From Podarcis liolepis (lineage: Eukaryota): 64,000 nucleotides of DNA. Both the position numbers and the translations under genes were made by a program. Location: assembly GCA_965112155.1 (NCBI GenBank), contig OZ218099.1. One strand, written 5' to 3'. The notes beneath the pieces were generated by a model that was not told the origin of the DNA, ran no database searches, and saw only the letters and a list, made by a program, of their open reading frames with translations. The first letter of the stretch is position 1. Each line of letters opens with the position of its first letter. Below are positions 63,616 to 64,000 of this stretch, piece after piece.

Positions 63616-64000
63616 TACACATTCTGGATAATCCCACTCAGCAGTTTCATGTAGATGTTACATGACTACATCATTTTTTATTTTGCTGGTAATTGATTTC
63701 TGATTTACCTTCTTACCTCCTTCTAATCTGGTGGGAACTCTTTCATTTAACAATACTGCCAGTAGATGTTTCATTGGCTGTTTGTTTCTAGAACTTTAAC
63801 TTTGGATAATGGCTGTCTCATAAATTCATAGTTCCAGACTTGGTTAAAATCTCATACCAACCAGCATAGAGTCTGGAGCACATTTTTAATAAGGAGCTGG
63901 AGTCCAATGTTGGGTTATGCTTCCTAGCCCTTAGGCCACATTTTGTATGTTATTCTTATTCCTGTACCATTTGTTCAATTAACTTTATTCATAAGGGTCT

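Overview
Squamate (probably lacertid lizard) nuclear DNA, judged from the repeat families present (Sauria SINE, RTE-BovB, L2, CR1, hAT and Tc1/pogo MITEs). About 1-47.7 kb is repeat-rich intergenic sequence with no convincing protein-coding gene. A CpG-island promoter at ~47.75-48.5 kb starts COX10 (heme O synthase / protoheme IX farnesyltransferase) on the + strand. Exon 1 ends at 48265; exons 2-4 are 51113-51237, 51814-52138 and 56635-56759; the rest of the gene lies beyond the window. The most notable observation is that exon 1 has no in-frame ATG. Its two ATGs feed a 12-codon uORF whose stop overlaps an in-frame CTG, and the first in-frame ATG is in exon 2. Other points of interest are a degraded Penelope-type hammerhead ribozyme, a solo LTR nested in a CR1, two back-to-back MITEs forming an intronic fold-back, and a ~710 bp degenerate palindrome. 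I did not find a convincing new multi-gene system. All family assignments come from recalled consensus sequences, not from searches.
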